DNA of 63,117 bases, filler included, from Octopus bimaculoides (GCF_001194135.2; 5 parts of 4 records of this genome joined end to end with filler, not necessarily neighbours in it); one strand, 5' to 3'; positions 50,461-63,025 are shown, counted from the whole stretch's first letter. Numbers and translations: made by a program. Notes: a model not told the origin generated them from the sequence alone.

Positions 50461-50489
50461 ACCCCAATACTACCATACTAATGTAAGGG

Positions 50490-50734
50490 TCTATCAATGA
50501 AATTTTGCCAAACAGGTGGATTAAACAAAGAATTTCAGTAGCCCCCACTTTTTTTTATTGGGATACTTAAAAGATAAAATTTATGACACAAAACCAGCCA
50601 CTGTTTATGAATCGAGAGCAAACATTAAACAAGAATGCAAACAAATACGGGATGAAATGTTTCTTAATGTTTGAGACTCCATTACTTTTCATTATCAACA
50701 GTAATGCGTGTATACATTATTTTGGGATGCCCTG
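50490..50734 (+). pseudogene. Mariner-type transposase 3' fragment with right TIR
   Basis: LPNRWI...GYLKDKIYDTKPATVYESRANIKQECKQI; ends ttttgggatgccctg|TA. Confidence 0.7.
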
Positions 50735-51269
50735 TATGTATGTATGTGTGTGTGTGCATGTGTGTATACATACATATATTCCATTTTTATTTCGTTATGT
50801 CATATTGGCTGTGCCTGATGACTGCACCAAGATGTCAGATGTGTTATAAAATAGCTTGGCATGTTCTCAGCATATGAAACTAATAGCACATAAAAACATG
50901 TATTGTGTTTAGTATATAATATCTGTCACCAGATGAAGTATTTTTTTTTTGTTGCTCTTACCATCACAGGATGGTATATTATATATATAAGTAAAAAGTT
51001 TTTGCACAAATATGTGTGTTTCTGTGTGGGAATATTTATTTACATTCTGACTATATAGAACCACGGAATATTACAATAATTACAGCTATGATGCTGATGT
51101 TGACGATGATGCCCAGTATCACTCTTAATTATTTTTCTACACTCTCCTCCCTCAACACACTTCCTCCCCTATATTGCATCAGTCCTCATCAGTAAGTGGA
51201 TATCCATATAGATTATTTAACAATCTCTATGTATCATGTTTGCAAAAGAATAAATATTCATCACTACTA

Positions 51270-51735
51270 TCATCATCATCTCATTTTAAAGTTCGTTTTT
51301 CCATGCTTGCATGGGTCAGATGAAATTTGTTGAGGCAGATTTTCTACAGGTGAATGCCCTTCCTGTCACCAATCCTTACCTGTTTCCAAGCAAGGCAATA
51401 TTTCTCCATGACCAGACATATTCTCTTATACTGAAAATACTGAAAATGAAGGACATCTCTTGCATGATGGTGACAACTATTTTACAACTGTCACATGATT
51501 TTAAGACAAGGAGACAGTAACACATACACACATACATAAATAAATATATATCTATTCATAAGTAAATGGCAGGCTTCTTTTAGTTGTTTCCATTTACCAA
51601 ATTCATTCGCAAGACTTTGGTCAGTCTGGGGCTATTGCAGAAGATACTTGCACAAGGTGCCATGCAGTGGGACTTAACCCAGAAGTATGTAGTTGTGAAG
51701 CAAACTTCTTACCAAACAGCTATGTCTGTGTCTAT
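51270..51735 (-). mobile_element. SINE family D (family C-like head, RTE-type tail), CpG-decayed
   Basis: catcatcatc...tttttccatgcttgcatgggtcaga...atgcccttcctgtcacc at the 3' end; aaggtgccatgcagtgggact at the head. Confidence 0.75.
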
Positions 51736-52011
51736 AGCCATACTGAGTCAAATTTTGAAATCAATAACCAAATCAAACACAGCTAATTAATCAATATTAA
51801 TTATTTAATATACATTATATAATATTCCTGATGATATGGGATAAACTATGCTTTAAATTAATTTAATTTAAATTGGTTTTGTATCTTAATTTCATAATTA
51901 TAGAATTAATATTTATTGCTAATGAAACAGCTGTAGAGTGTAATTAAATTATGAACTATATGCGAAATTTAGACTTTTATTCTAAACAGCCAATTATAAA
52001 TAAACCATAGT

Positions 52012-52226
52012 TTAACCCTTTAGCATTCAGATTACTGTCAGATGTAATACTTATTCATTCACATAATTTTAAGTTGATAATGCATTATGTGGTTGCTTCA
52101 AGATTTTGATGAGGTGATTGTTATTTTTAGAATGACATTATAGGGTAGCTGTGAGAAACCAGATATGGTTGGTTTGAACATAAAACAGGTAGAATATCTG
52201 AACTAGTTTAAATGCTAAAGGGTAAA
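52012..52226. mobile_element. piggyBac-type MITE, uninterrupted
   Basis: TTAA|CCCTTTAGCATT ... AATGCTAAAGGG|taaa (12-bp perfect TIR). Confidence 0.8.
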
Positions 52227-52417
52227 TCACACCCCACCCTCATTGAAATACACCTTGATAGGTTTTGGAAGATAATGAAATTTAAAATAATTTGCTAATG
52301 AGCTGAAGGCATTCATTAGAAATGCATTGGTATTTGTAGGCTATGAGCTTTGATAATGCAAATAAATAAATAAACATGTAGCATGGGTATAGGATTAATC
52401 CAGACAGCTTTTGAGTG

Positions 52418-52882
52418 CCAGGCAAGACCTTCGTACATTGGGCCTCACCGAGGCGATGACTACTGACCGAGACCTTTGGAAATGTGCTGTGCGTGAGAAG
52501 ACCCGGCAAGCCAAGTAAGATCGTTGCCAGTGCCCCTGGACTGGCTCTTGTGCGGGTGGCACATGAGATGCACCATTTTGAGCGTGGCCGTTGCCAGTAC
52601 CACCTGACTGGCTCCCGTAGGATTTTCAAGCGAGATCGTTGCCAGTGCCCCTGGACTGGCTTGTGCGGGTGGCACATAAAAGACACCATTTCGAGCGTGG
52701 CCGTTTTCGTGCGGGTGACACGTAAAAGCACCCACTACACTCTCTGAGTGGTTGGCGTTAGGAAGGGCATCCAGCTGTAGAAACTCTGCCAAATTAGATT
52801 GGAGCCTGGTGTAGCCATCCGGTTGCACCAGTCCTCAGTCAAATCGTCCAACCCATGCTAGCATGGAAAGCGGACATTAAAC

Positions 52883-52912
<30 letters not shown>
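52418..52912 (+). mobile_element. RTE LINE 3' end (ORF2 C-terminus, modular 3' UTR, (GAT)n tail)
   Basis: Translation RQDLRTLGLTEAMTTDRDLWKCAVREKTRQAK* (stop at 52516-52518), then repeated modules and the tail. Confidence 0.9.
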
Positions 52913-52913
<1 letters not shown>

Positions 52914-53054
52914 GCGGTCCCTTAGAAAACACCTACTGAGCAGTAAAGAGCGAAATGAGCGCATTAAGTACATACTCAGCAGTGAAAATATTAACATCAT
53001 CAGATTAGGTGAAGAACTCTTGAGAGATAATCTCAGTGTACAATTGTTCAATAT

Positions 53055-53311
53055 TAGTGGTTCTGAACCAGGGTCCAGGTGGCCTTTGGGGTCCATATAA
53101 GATCTTGTTGAAATTTATGTGCAATAAATTGCTTATACTTCTACAATACACAAAATGTTTGAAATTTTTTTATACAATTCCTAATAACATTTAACTATTA
53201 AAATACAGTAAGATTTTTTTTCATGCATTCATTGAATGGCTATGGGTTTTTGTAGAATAAAATAGGGATCAAAGGGGTCCATGATTTAAAAAAATGGTTG
53301 AGAATCTCTCC
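53055..53311. mobile_element. hAT-type MITE
   Basis: Left tagtggttctgaaccagggtcc; right ggggtcc...ggttgagaatct. Resembles cagtggttctcaacc-type TIRs. Confidence 0.6.
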
Positions 53312-54630
53312 TCTATATGAATCAAAAGTGGCTAGACTGACCTGTATACAGAGAGACTTGAAAGAGAAGTACTCATCATACCTGTAAAAAGTTACACATG
53401 GTGGGTACATGTCACATAAGCCTGAGAATACAAACAACATTGACACGGGAATAGCAACCACTCCTGGATCTGTGATAAATATGTAACATACATAGAAGGC
53501 TACACTTTTGCTATCTAAGAACAGGAGATAGTTACTAAATATCTGATCATAAAAAGAGATATGGATGCCCCTAGATGTCCAAGTTATAACAGAAAGTATC
53601 AATTGTGCCATACCAAAGTGGAAAATACCACTCATATCAATCAGTAGCTGTCCAAAAATGTCTACAAGATGCTATCTTTTCATGAGACATGAGATAATTG
53701 TTAAGATGGACTACAATGCTATATGCTGGAAGAATAGTCCTGACTGCCAAGCCAAAGACACACCAGAACCAGAAAGTATTTATCATCATCATCGTCATTT
53801 AATGTCAGTTACCCATACTGGCATGGTTTAGATAGTTTGACTGAGACTAGTAAGCTGGAAAGCTGCACCAGACTCCAGCTATCTGTTTTAGCTTGGTTTC
53901 TATGGCTGAATGCCTTTCCTAATGCCAACTACTTTATAGAGCATACTGGGTATCTTTTATGCATCATTGGCACAGGTGCCTTCTATATGTCACCAGCACA
54001 GGTGCCTTGTTTGTGTCACCGGCACTAGCAATGACCACAATTCACTTAGCTTGACAGGTCTTCTCAAACACAGTAACTCACCAGAAGTCATGGTCACTTG
54101 TCATTGCCTACATGAGGCTCAACAGCTGAAGATCATATTTCACCACCTCGTCCCACATCTTCCTGGGTAATCCTTCTACAGGCTCCCCACCCCCCACAAT
54201 TAGGTATCAGCACTTCTTTATGCAGCTGTCCTCACTTTTAAAAATAAGGAATACCGGTGGAATATTTTTATAAAAACAGCAACCCAGTGTAAGCACAACA
54301 AATCAGATATGGTCGTGTAGGATAGGAAGCAAAAGTCATGTACCGTTGTAAGGATCAGCTGCCCCATACATGTAAATGTCTCCTCAAAAGTTGGGGAAAA
54401 CAATATTCACTGAGAATTGATGAGAAACCTACAGCAGCTCTTATATCCAGGCTATAGATGTTCATTTGTTCTTATTCTCAGAGGTGCATTGGGCAACATA
54501 ACAACTGCATAGAAACCAAGTATGGCTTGGACTCTCCAAAAGAGAACAGAACAGACTGGCTTACATTCTCCAGATACAATTGATCAGGGGAACTGTAAAA
54601 TTCTGTTAAATATTTCAGGTTCCTGGGTGA
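53312..54630 (+). pseudogene. R4/Dong-like RLE-type LINE C-terminus (zinc knuckle and PD..D..K endonuclease), split by an RTE insertion
   Basis: IEGYTFAI*EQEIVTKYL...QLCHTKVENTTHI/ISSCPKMSTRCYLFMRHE...PEPESIY | FKNKEYRWNIFIKTATQCKHNKSDMVV*DRKQKSCTVVRISCP...GALG...QIQLIRGTVK. Confidence 0.8.
53785..54240 (-). mobile_element. RTE LINE 3' fragment, antisense, nested in the R4-like element
   Basis: (CAT)n tail at 53785. The reverse strand reads EDSCIKKC...PRKMWDEVVKYDL...MTSDHDFW...FEKT. Confidence 0.8.
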
Positions 54631-55153
54631 ACACACACACACAGAGAATATATATGTGCATACAAATAAACAATAATGAGACTTACACACTTGTGTTCTA
54701 TCACAACATGCACACAGTGCATGCTTATCCACATGCACAAACAGACACATAAAATACAGATACAAACATACATCAACCAGTTCAGATAAACACAAACTCT
54801 CAAGAGCTGTCTTGATTTATACAAAAGAGCATTGCCACTTTGTTAGTGACTAACTTGAATTCTGTAAAGGAAAAACAACATCAAATGAATCCTTAAGAAA
54901 TCTGTGCACATGGTGCGCACGTGCGTGCACACACACACACACACACACACAGACACTTCTGGAATAATTGAATTTTTTGCTATATATGTGAGCAGTATGC
55001 TATTTTAATTTTCAGTTTATGCACTCAGTCAACATAAAGCTCACATTTTTTGATTCATTGATTTGACATTACAGTTATAACAAAATAACACCACTCTATT
55101 TTATGTATTGAGTTCTTTTTCTACCATATGTATACACACACACACTCACACAA

Positions 55154-56297
55154 CACAAGATGGTGCAAAAGTAGGTTGGCAGTTTTATTTTTCAGAGTTA
55201 TCAGATGTAATGGTAGGCAACTTGACAGATAATAAGAGAAAGAAGATCCTAAAGAACTACTGAGAATTTTGAAATGCAGAAATGGTGTGCCAAAAGTGAA
55301 CAGAAACCTTCCACAGTAACCCACTGTCACTTCGATCAATTTACAAGAGACAAATTTGAGGAGATACGTCCAGTGAAGAATGCCTCAAAATCTAGACATC
55401 CAACTGTTACCAGTGAGGAAAAAGAAATTCAGGTAGCATTGATGCTTGTGAATAAAACTATAAAGTCTACCAGATGAGTATTGGCTGAGTTGGGCATCTC
55501 ATGAAGGTCTGTCGGTCATCTTATGAAAAAATGAACTTGAAAACCATACTGACCCCAAATTCCTGTAACACCTAATGTACAATTGCCCAGATCATTGTAT
55601 GAGATTCACAGGAATCATGCTAAATATGATTTGTGAAAACCCACAATTCCTCGCCAAGACTTGGTTGGATGAAACCAGTTTCTATAACTGCATTTATTAG
55701 TATAACAAAAGCACCACCACCTGATGATAGCAACTGAGATGAACCAGCTGGGTGTCACTGTGTAGGCTGGTCTGTCATGCTCAGGAGTCCATGGGTCTTT
55801 CTTTCTTGAGAACCCAGTTAATGGTGACACCTACCTTGATATGTTGTGCAGGAAAACGGTGCCTGAAACGCAGACGATGTCCAAATTTGGTGAAGTGTTA
55901 TTCCAATAGGATGGAGCATCACCTCATTATGCAATTCATGTGTAAAATTATTTCCTGGACATAACATTCCCAGGGAGGTAGACTGGGCGATGTGGTAGCA
56001 CCAATTGGTCTCTTCATTCCTGAAACCTTAGGTACATTTCTTTATCTGGGATGCTGTGAAAGAGAAAGTATTCCAAAGAAAACCATGTACTCTGCCTTAA
56101 TTAGATGAGTTCATTACAGAGACCTATCAAGAAATCAATACCAACTTGGACCTATGCATTGTGTGTTGCAGTGTGGCTGCCAGACCCTAAGAATGTTTTA
56201 ATGTTGAAGGCGGATACTTTGAGCACTTATGAAACTAGCAATGTCTTTTATGCTGGAATAAATGGTAAATGTCAACCTACTTTCAAGCTGCCCTGTA
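55154..56297 (+). pseudogene. Decayed ~1.14-kb mariner-like element with imperfect TIRs
   Basis: TIRs share aaagtaggttg (55168-55178 / 56273-56283). Motifs FQ*DGASPHYA, FPGR*TGR.G, FIWDAVKEKVF and GGYFEHL*; ends gccctg|TA. Confidence 0.8.
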
Positions 56298-57224
56298 GAT
56301 GTATGTGTGTGTGTTTATTCATTTATTCATTCATTCATTAAGCAGTATGCTTTGATGCAGAACACTTTACTAGACTGTTTTGACTCGAGTGTCAAAATAA
56401 CATCCCATTCCTATTTCCATATTGTGTTATAAATGTATTATTCATATAGGAACAGGCTACTTTATTATTAATAATATATGAATATATTAACAATCAATGT
56501 ATTATATATGTGTACACATATAAGCAATTTTTTTTGTAATTGACTGAAGAGGGTAGTATTCTCCATGTGACCACTCAAAACATGTATTAAATGCATTTGG
56601 AAAATAAAAAATTCATTTGTAATAATAATAATGATAATTTTATATATATATACATATATAGATAGATAGATATATGTATAATGTGTTTGTGAGCATGTGT
56701 ACCTGTGTATAATACATATCAAAAATTCACAGAGTCATCATGCCAAAGAAAAGCTAACCAAGAGGGAGACAGTAAATCCCACACTCAAAAGACTCACCCA
56801 AATATCTCAAAACACATCATGCAATGATATAAAACATAGACGCAACATCATGCTGATATATACATGCTCATTGGGCTAATTGAAACACAGTTAATGAAAC
56901 CAGATAAATTTCTGTGGGTGATGTCAATGTGGTAGACACAGAATGTATTGTGATGACTTATAAATAAATTATCATGATCTGAAATTGGCAGGATGTATTA
57001 GAATGGCCTGTAAGATAATGGTAACATCATGGTTCTGGGACAGTGAACAGATCAAGTGCTCAGTTATAACTAGCTTTCATGTAATTTTTTTTCCTCACAA
57101 TGGTAAAGCACTTTTGGTATCAACCTGCCTGAGACTGCCTTCAACTTGATGATATAAAACTTCCTGTTTTAAAGTGATTTAGATTAAAATCTTCCTTCAA
57201 AATATTTTGTTAATCTGGCACTTG

Positions 57225-57526
57225 TGCCCGCAGCATGTGTAAGGACTTTCGAGCGAGATCATTGCCAGTGCCCCTGGACTGGCTCTTGTGTGGGTGGCAC
57301 ATAAAATACACCATTTTGGGCATGGCCGTTGCCAGTACCGCCTGACTGGCCTTCGTGCCTGTGGCACGTAAAAGCACCCACTACACTCTCTGAGTGGTTG
57401 GCGCTAGGAAGGGCATCCAGCTGTAGAAACTCTGTCAAATCAGATTGGAGCCTGGTGTAGCCATCTGGTTTCACCAGTCCTCAGTCAAATCGTCCAACCC
57501 ATGCTAGCATGGAAAGCGGACGTTAA
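57225..57526 (+). mobile_element. RTE LINE 3' UTR fragment
   Basis: Same modules and terminal segment as 52516-52885; runs into a gap. Confidence 0.9.
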
Positions 57527-58549
57527 NNNNNNNNNNNNNNNNNNNNNNNNNNNNNNNNNNNNNNNNNNNNNNNNNNNNNNNNNNNNNNNNNNNNNNNNNN
57601 NNNNNNNNNNNNNNNNNNNNNNNNNNNNNNNNNNNNNNNNNNNNNNNNNNNNNNNNNNNNNNNNNNNNNNNNNNNNNNNNNNNNNNNNNNNNNNNNNNNN
57701 NTTATGTTGCTTTATGTTCCGAGCACCAGCTCATTAATGACAAAAGTGTTTTACTAAATCCTTCATTATTTTAAAAATTAACTGGAACAAAGGCAGTGTA
57801 TTTTGATGGAAATATGGTAATAAAAGGAGATTTGGCTGATATATCAAGTACGTTAGGCAACCATTTAGAGACTCCTTTGTTGATTTGGACTGTTCTTGTA
57901 TTATTCTATGGGTGTTATTTCTTACTTTTTCATTTGTAGTTTGCTATTAATGAAGTTTCTGTAGTGAATGTATTTTGCAGTGGAATTCTTCCTAAGTTAG
58001 CTGTCTCGTCAACAAATGTTTTTCTGTCTCATTTCTTCATTTTCTTTACTGTGGTAATTCCTCATTGTAAATGCATGCTCAGTCAGCAACAAAGTGTTGT
58101 ACTTGTCTTTTGTCTTTTGTACCATGGTTTCAGTCATCAAGTCTTCCCCTTCTGTGTTTATATTGGGATTTGGTTATCACATTAGTCATGAGAGGTACCT
58201 TCCATCACTTGCAGTTTGGGATTGCTAAATTGAAGAAGTTTCTAATTCTGGTACTTTTGTAATGCATTCTTACTTTTATTTTGCAATTGGACATTATAGA
58301 TGTTGAGTTCTGCTCAAACACACACACACACAGAAAATGTCTAACCCCTCAGTTACCTATATGTATGGAGATTGATGGAAGGCTTCAAGAAGTCTGCTAT
58401 GCAGCTTATAATGAGAACAAGACAAAACAGATTTGTCAACCAGCAAAAAGAACCTCTCCTTACTACCATAAAGTGCTGAAATATTGTTGGGTATGGGTAT
58501 ATACCAAACATCATTTCAGCTATTAAAACTGCAGTGCACAGACAGGACA

Positions 58550-59420
58550 ATATGTCAATCAATGCCAGAAAGATTGAAACTATGGGCTATAATGTAATAG
58601 GTGATATCTGTACACTGAATGACACCATTTTGAAGATGGCTGATGACTTTGCCTACCTGAGAAGTAACATGGCTTCAACAGGAAAGGATGTCCAGGTAAG
58701 GATTGCAAAAGCATGGAATGCTCTAGACAGACTCAACTGTATAGAAGTCCTCCCTTCCTGGCAACATGAAGAGGGGTTTATTCAAAGCGGTCATTGAATC
58801 AGTATTTCTCCATGGCTCTTCAGCATGAACATTGAACAAGAGATTTGTAAAGAAGCTTGGTGGTACATACACAAGAGTGCTTCATGTAGTTTTCAATCTT
58901 TCTTGACAGCAACATCCAATAAAGTAGCAACTGTATGGCAGTCTTCCCATCATCCCCTCAGTGATCAGAGAATGGAGTACATGTGATGCAGAACAATGCT
59001 GGAGAAGTAAAGATGAAATATCTAGTGATCTCCTTCTCTGGAAAGCCATGCATTGATATGCAAGGATCAGCAGATTAACCCTTTAAGGCTGGGTGTGGCT
59101 TATTGACACAATATGCTCTCTTCCACATAAGACTGGTGTGGTTTATTAACACACTGCTAAATTCTGAAGATGGGTGTGGTATTATAAGCCACATTTGCAT
59201 TATAAGCTATTTGATGATCATCTTGTATTTTTTTCCCTTATTTTTGTCCCGCATGAGAAGACTTGCTATTTATACCCAAACTTAAATGGTTAAGAAGAGC
59301 ATACATTGATCAACTTGTGGAAGACACTGGATTTCAAGTAGAAGATATGAAGACTGTTATAGAAGATCAGAACATCTAGCAGCATGGAAGAGTTGCATTG
59401 GTCTGTGTAAGTTGCCTGAC
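58550..59420 (+). pseudogene. Decayed RTE-clade reverse transcriptase C-terminal half
   Basis: SINARKIETM...ICTLNDTILKMADDFAYLRSNMASTGKDVQVRIAKAWNAL, followed by frames resembling VESVLL.G, LDG.YTR, LYG.LP, CWRSKDE.SSDLLLW and DQLVEDTG. Confidence 0.8.
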
Positions 59421-59579
59421 CAGATAATGACATCAATTTGGAAACCTTCCTATGGAGTACAGTTGAAGGAGGAGAGGTAAAAAAGGGGACAAAAAATATT
59501 CCTGGTATAACATCAAGGATTGGATTGTTCTTTAGGGCACAGCCCTCCTGCCATGAGATTAAGGAGGAATTTTATTGGT

Positions 59580-60212
59580 GATTGCTGTGCGTGAGAAGAC
59601 CCGGCAAGCCAAGTGAGACCTAAATCCAAGGCCTCTGCCAGGGGTGTAGCCAGCCCACTTATGCGTGCCTTTCCTTCATTGGACACTAAACTCCGCTTGC
59701 GAAGACCTTTTGAGGCAAGTGAAATTGAAATCGAACTAAATTCGAAAACTGGCACCCATGCCAACGTCGTCTCCTTCATTGGACATGAAACTCAGCTTGC
59801 AAAGACTTATTGGGGCAAGCGAAAGCGAAATCGGGATGGCACCTGTGCCCAGCGTCACCTTTCTGGCACTTGTGCCCGTGACATGTGTAAGAATTTTCAA
59901 GTNNNNNNNNNNNNNNNNNNNNNNNNNNNNNNNNNNNNNNNNNNNNNNNNNNNNNNNNNNNCAGGTGGCACGTAAAATGCACCATTTTGAGCGTGGCCAT
60001 TGCCAGTACCGCCTGACTGGCCTTCGTGCCGGTGGCACGTAAAAGCACCCACTACACTCTCGGAGTGGTTGGCGTTAGGAAGGGTATCCAGCTGTAGAAA
60101 CTCTGCCAAATCAGATTGGAACCTGGTGCAGCCTTCTGGTTCGCCAGTCCTCAGTCAAATCGTCCAAGCCATGCTAGCATGGAAAGCGGACGTTAAATGA
60201 TGATGATGATGA
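59580..60212 (+). mobile_element. RTE LINE 3' end with longer modular UTR
   Basis: gctgtgcgtgagaagacccggcaagccaagtga, two cttcattggaca...gcttgc..agac...ggcaag modules, gccagt/actggc modules and a (GAT)n tail. Confidence 0.9.
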
Positions 60213-60682
60213 TTGCTGACAGCCAGAGTTTCTGCAATGGCAGTTCAATGACTGGTGCATCAGTCACGTGTAAATGATGATGACTAAGATGGTAGCGATG
60301 ATGATGATGATGATGGTAATGGTGCTGGTGATGATGACAATGATGATGGTGGTAATAACAACAACAATGATGGTGGTGTTGTTGCTGCTGTTGATGATAA
60401 TTGTGATGTTATATAAATCAACAGAGAGAGAGACACACACACAGAAAAATAGATAAATCATTAGATAACAATAGTTGGATAAGAAGTTCACAGACATATG
60501 AATGGGTTATGTTAGTTTTAGAAACAAGGGTTAGATGGAACAACAATGACATTATATAGAGGTGGAGGCAGAGGGAAAGAAGTAATAAAAGACAGAGTAA
60601 AAGGGCTGAACTATTTTGGCGAGCAACGGAACTAAATATCAGAAACAGATGGTTTATACGGGACTAAGATTGGTACACTTAC

Positions 60683-60701
60683 GTCTCAAGACTGGAGAAA
60701 C
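60683..60701 (-). CDS. Candidate 19-nt micro-exon
   Basis: Acceptor tttctttttaatctggcag|, donor GAC|gtaagt; could be non-coding. Confidence 0.18.
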
Positions 60702-60968
60702 CTGCCAGATTAAAAAGAAACCATCAGCTACATATACATAGCAAAGCAAGAGTGTATATAGATGTACTCTATATATGTATATATACACATATATATAATA
60801 CTCATAAGGGGAAAAAACCCATCATTTTTTATTCCCAAGAATATAGTTATTTATATATATATATATATNNNNNNNNNNNNNNNNNNNNNNNNNNNNNNNN
60901 NNNNNNNNNNNNTTAATTAATTAANNNNNNNNNNNNNNNNNNNNNNNNNNNNNNNNNNNNNNNNNNNN

Positions 60969-61033
<65 letters not shown>

Positions 61034-61379
61034 TGTGTGTGTGTGTGTGTGTATGTATATTTATTTATATGCATATCTGACACACGCATATATGTATGTA
61101 TACATACATATGTGTGAGTATGACGCATATCTCTTTCTCTCTATATAAGTTCATTGTATATACGTCTATGTATATGTATATATATATATGTGTGTCTGTG
61201 TATGTATGTATGTGTATGTCCTTCATGTATACATTCTTTATTTATTCATACACATTAGAGGTACATACATATACATCATATTAAATACATTTCCTAAGTC
61301 GCTGATTCCTGCCACATTTTCTCTCCGTAATTCCAGAGTTTAATAAATTCCTTATTCAAGGTATTTGTCATTTTGTCAG

Positions 61380-61447
61380 ATTTCTGAAGATTCCAATTAA
61401 TGAGTCTTTTGTTGCAACGTTGGAAATCTTAACACGGAACAACGGAA
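61380..61447 (+). CDS. Candidate 68-nt internal exon (FLKIPINESFVATLEILTRNNG)
   Basis: Acceptor tttgtcattttgtcag|, donor GAA|gtaagt; only one frame is open. Confidence 0.25.
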
Positions 61448-61614
61448 GTAAGTTTGCCGTTGGTGACGATTTATGCCAACCACAACGTGATGCAGTTGTC
61501 TATTGAACAAGTCCGAGTCGAAATCGTATCATATCCATAGAAATATCATCGTCACCGTACACACACACTTACGCACACACAAACGCACACATAAGATCAC
61601 ACACACTTACACAT

Positions 61615-61654
<40 letters not shown>

Positions 61655-62279
61655 GTATATATATATATATATACATATAGACGCGCCCATCGAGACATAC
61701 TAACGCACATGTGTATATATATATATATATANNNNNNNNNNNNNNNNNNNNNNNNNNNNNNNNNNNNNNNNNNNNNNNNNNNNNNNNNNNNNNNNNNNNN
61801 NNNNNNNNNNNNNNNNNNNNNNNNNNNNNNNNNNNNNNNNNNNNNNNNNNNNNNNNNNNNNNNNNNNNNNNNNNNNNNNNNNNNNNNNNNNNNNNNNNNN
61901 NNNNNNNNNNNNNNNNNNNNNNNNNNNNNNNNNNNNNNNNNNNNNNNNNNNNNNNNNNNNNNNNNNNNNNNNNNNNNNNNNNNNNNNNNNNNNNNNNNNN
62001 NNNNNNNNNNNNNNNNNNNNNNNNNNNNNNNNNNNNNNNNNNNNNNNNNNNNNNNNNNNNNNNNNNNNNNNNNNNNNNNNNNNNNNNNNNNNNNNNNNNN
62101 NNNNNNNNNNNNNNNNNNNNNNNNNNNNNNNNNNNNNNNNNNNNNNNNNNNNNNNNNNNNNNNNNNNNNNNNNNNNNNNNNNNNNNNNNNNNNNNNNNNN
62201 NNNNNNNNNNNNNNNNNNNNNNNNAGCGACAAGTATAATCACATATTAATGACAGGACAATAACAATAATAGCAAGTAC

Positions 62280-62393
62280 ACCACCACCACCACCACAAAC
62301 AACAACAACAATGATAAAATGGACAGTGTTGACGTTTGAGGTTGTGGTTCTTCATCGTCTTTATATTCTTCTTATCATCATCATCGTCCCCAC

Positions 62394-62428
<35 letters not shown>

Positions 62429-62435
62429 CCACCAC

Positions 62436-62467
<32 letters not shown>

Positions 62468-62652
62468 CCACCACCATCATCATCGTCATCATCGTCATCA
62501 TCATAATCATCATCATCATCACTACTATTGTTGTTCTTGCTGTTGCTGCTGTTTTCGTTGTGTGTAAATAACAGTGGCGTTCGTGGACGTGGTGTTATGA
62601 TGACACAAACGATAATGGTGACCGTGATTTTAATGATGACAATCATGATGAC

Positions 62653-62686
<34 letters not shown>

Positions 62687-62850
62687 GTGATTGAAGTGGT
62701 GGTAGTGGTGGCGATGCTGGTGACAATTACTGCATCGACGACGACAAGGCCGACAACGACGATGAGGAAGGTGAGGAAGATGAGGAAGATGAGGAATGAA
62801 AAGGCAAACCCAAGTAGAAGAAGCAGCAGGGGAAAGTAGCAGCAGTAATG

Positions 62851-62912
<62 letters not shown>

Positions 62913-63025
62913 GGTGGTGATGGTGGTAGTAGTAGTGGTGGTGGTGGTCTTGGTGGTGGTGTTGGTGGTAGTAGTAGTAGCGGTGGTGGTGGTGGTAGTG
63001 GCGGTGGTGGTAGTAGTAGTAGTAA

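Noticed and set aside
52516-52735. Regularly spaced palindromic repeats resembling a CRISPR array
   Set aside because: Eukaryotic context, no unique spacers, and the repeats sit in an RTE 3' UTR.
52912-53100. 62-aa ORF MRSLRKHLLSSKERNERIKY... as a gene
   Set aside because: It starts in an RTE (GAT)n tail and ends in a hAT MITE; no consistent splice signals.
59640-59830. HDV-like or twister ribozyme in the ccttcattgga...CTTGC/GCAAG module
   Set aside because: P3-like and P4-like stems are present, but I could not build P1, P1.1 and P2 pairings, and the position is 3' rather than 5' UTR.
1326-62263. Long ORFs in the track containing X runs or YI/CV/HT dipeptide repeats
   Set aside because: Artefacts of N gaps and (TA)n/(CA)n microsatellites.
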